In this document: in pieces, positions 61,751 to 64,000 of the stretch
Layout: every line of letters begins with the position of its first letter
How positions within the stretch are numbered: position 1 is the stretch's first letter
NCBI GenBank assembly: GCA_963727805.1
Contig: CAVSHF010000003.1
Location: 608,001-672,000, forward strand
Direction: 5' to 3'
Length of the DNA stretch: 64,000 nucleotides
Origin: an uncultured Nitrospiraceae bacterium
GTDB taxonomy: Bacteria; Nitrospirota; Thermodesulfovibrionia; Thermodesulfovibrionales; Dissulfurispiraceae
Position numbers and translations under genes: made by a program
The notes under the pieces: model-generated
Database searches by the model: none
Seen by the model: only the letters and a program-made list of their open reading frames with translations
Told to the model about the DNA's origin: nothing

Positions 61751-63115
61751 ATGGAACAAAACACAAATACGATTACCGCAATTGGTCTTTTTTTCCTCTT
61801 GTTTATGGGAACTCTCTTGCTGGCGCTGCCACGCAGATACGCTCTATTGCCCTTGTTTATAAGCGGCTGCTACATGACACTTGGTCAGGTCCTTATGATA
61901 GGCCCCCTACACTTTTCCATACTGCGAATTTTATTATTTATCGGCTGGATCAGGATAATTTGCAAAGGTGAACTGTCGGCAATCAAATTTACTGCTATTG
62001 ATAAACTCTTTGTAGCCTGGCTTATGATAGGTGTTATTCTGTTTGCATTATCCAGAGGACTTGTCCAAGATTTGGTCGGCCGGCTTGGTCAGACATATAC
62101 TATAATTGGTATTTACTTCTTCATACGTGCGGTTATACGTGACTTCGACGATATTGTACGTGCAGTCAAGATTCTTGCCGTCATTATACTTCCTTTGGCT
62201 CTGCTTTTTGCTGTGGAGTATAGCACCGGAAGAAACCCTTTTTCCGTTTTAGGCGGAGTCCCCGAAATAACTGAAATTCGCGAGGGCCACTTGCGGTGTC
62301 AAGGGCCCTTCTTGCATCCTATCCTTGCCGGAACTATGGGGGCAACTGCGATGCCTCTTTTTGTGGGATTGTGGTCATTCAATAGCAAAAACCGTTGGCT
62401 CGCCGCGGCCGCTATCATGGTAGCTACTGCAATTGTGATTGCATCTTCATCGAGCGGCCCATTTATTGCGTATATCTCAGGCGTGATCGGATTGTTCGTC
62501 TGGACGTACAAGTCTAAATTGAAGTTTATTCTTAGTGGAATTGTAGTGTCATTATTGATCCTGCATTTGATAATGAAAGCCCCGGTGTGGTTTATTATTG
62601 CACGCCTAAGTGATTTAATAGGCGGCGGCGGATGGTACCGTGCAGCCCTGATCGATGCGGCCCTCAATCATTTCGATGAATGGTGGCTCGTTGGCACTGC
62701 ATACACCTCACACTGGATGCCGACCGGTCTTTCTGTCAACATAAACAGTGCAGATATAACGAACCAATTCATTGCTGAGGGCGTTAGTGGGGGCATCGTT
62801 CAATTATTTTTATTTATATGGTTGCTCGTCACATGTTTCAAGAGAATCGCCTTGACAAGCCGTAATGAGAACAAGACATCTGCCACCGAACGCTTCCTAA
62901 TCTGGTCTGTAGGCTGTGCATTACTTGGCCATGTAGCATCCTTCTTCTCAGTATCGTATTTCGATCAAATAATGATCTTCTTCCTCATGATCGTAGCTAT
63001 AACAGCGACTCTAATTGAACTTGATCTATCAAATTCTAAGGTCCGTATTGGCTTATCTGTCGGACCATATCAGCCCCCTAACATATTTTTCCCTATAAAA
63101 AGGAATTTCTTTTAG
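61751..63115 (+). CDS. O-antigen ligase/Wzy-like polymerase membrane protein
   Basis: Many TM helices; RCQGPFLHPILAG loop; DITNQF. Confidence 0.8.
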   Translation: MEQNTNTITAIGLFFLLFMGTLLLALPRRYALLPLFISGCYMTLGQVLMIGPLHFSILRILLFIGWIRIICKGELSAIKFTAIDKLFVAWLMIGVILFALSRGLVQDLVGRLGQTYTIIGIYFFIRAVIRDFDDIVRAVKILAVIILPLALLFAVEYSTGRNPFSVLGGVPEITEIREGHLRCQGPFLHPILAGTMGATAMPLFVGLWSFNSKNRWLAAAAIMVATAIVIASSSSGPFIAYISGVIGLFVWTYKSKLKFILSGIVVSLLILHLIMKAPVWFIIARLSDLIGGGGWYRAALIDAALNHFDEWWLVGTAYTSHWMPTGLSVNINSADITNQFIAEGVSGGIVQLFLFIWLLVTCFKRIALTSRNENKTSATERFLIWSVGCALLGHVASFFSVSYFDQIMIFFLMIVAITATLIELDLSNSKVRIGLSVGPYQPPNIFFPIKRNFF

Positions 63116-63425
63116 ATAGAGCTGGCATGAGAGCTAGTAATTAGCTTTTTGAATACCTACATTCCCTACCGTGGGGACAGGGGCGCAGTGATATATACTG
63201 CCGCAGTGCTACCCAAATCACACAATAGTTCACGTGATTTAAGCATAGGTAATGCAGCGAAGTGCTCCGTTAGGTACTGGCTAATCTTGCCAATATGTTG
63301 CGCGAGCCAGGTGAAATTGATGAATCTGCGTTTTTTATTCAAGCTTCGACTGCAGCTGCTAAAAACGGAGGCTAAGAATGCAGCAAAAAGGAACCTGTCA
63401 AGGTGTTATAATAATAAGCTTTGTT

Positions 63426-63452
63426 AAGGTTAAGTTGATCCAACTTAACCTT
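63426..63452. other. Perfect 12-bp inverted repeat
   Basis: AAGGTTAAGTTG-ATC-CAACTTAACCTT. Confidence 0.7.
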
Positions 63453-63795
63453 TGAACTTTGCATAATATAAGAGCAGCCTGAGAAGCTTAAATAACTATA
63501 ATTCGTATGACAGCTACGATTTGGATGACTACTTTCGTAAACAAGGAATCGATATGATCGTGCTTTATCTAACAAACGTGCAGAAGGAGAAAGACACGAG
63601 ATAACGTAAGCTTCGAAGCGATCAAGGTCGAGTTGTTCGAACGCTTCTGTGCATAGCAATAGTATCGTAGACTCCTTTTCACTGTTAATGCCATGCTGGG
63701 AAATATTTCGGATTTATACAACTCTCTGTACAACTACTCAAACGATTTTGAAATAGATTCTACATATTAAACACAAAAAGAGATAGTCTCGTCGC

Positions 63796-64000
63796 GTGGA
63801 AAATAAGTCCATTCTTAATAAAGACGATATTTATTACAACCAAGACAAGATCATGATCGTTTCCTATTTGCCGGAAGGCAAGCATGTGATATTGGACTTG
63901 GGCTGTGCGACAGGACGTTTGGGGCAGAGTCTCAGAAATGCTAACAAAGCTGCGGAACTTGTTGGTGTTGAAATATTCGGCCCAGCCGCAGAAGAAGCGG
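63796..64000 (+). CDS. Class I SAM-dependent methyltransferase, runs off the window
   Basis: GTG start; MENKSILNKDDIYYNQ...VILDLGCATGRLG...LVGVE. Confidence 0.8.
   Translation, partial: MENKSILNKDDIYYNQDKIMIVSYLPEGKHVILDLGCATGRLGQSLRNANKAAELVGVEIFGPAAEEA

Overview
Bacterial chromosomal window; the gene style suggests a Nitrospirota or deltaproteobacterium-like anaerobe (inference). It contains two-component signalling genes, a P-type ATPase/USP pair, an M16 peptidase with a pal-like gene, two secreted proteins sharing a Cys-containing C-terminal repeat module (one downstream of a c-di-GMP-I riboswitch, the other a papain-family protease next to a chagasin inhibitor), a housekeeping block (clpC, degenerate priA, ribF, coaE, mutS) and the start of a PEP-CTERM/exopolysaccharide cluster. 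The most striking unannotated structure is a 4.4-kb element at 39278-43713 with no intact transposase. It has TG...CA ends, IS21-like arrays of 22-23-bp terminal repeats and a 5-bp target duplication (ATATT). It carries two lipoprotein genes and an IS110 stub, and its left end is split by an RT-encoding group II intron whose EBS1 pairs with the repeat core. A second, ORF-less RmInt1-like group II intron with intact EBS/IBS pairings lies at 3977-4614. All family assignments are from motif recognition by eye; no database searches were run.
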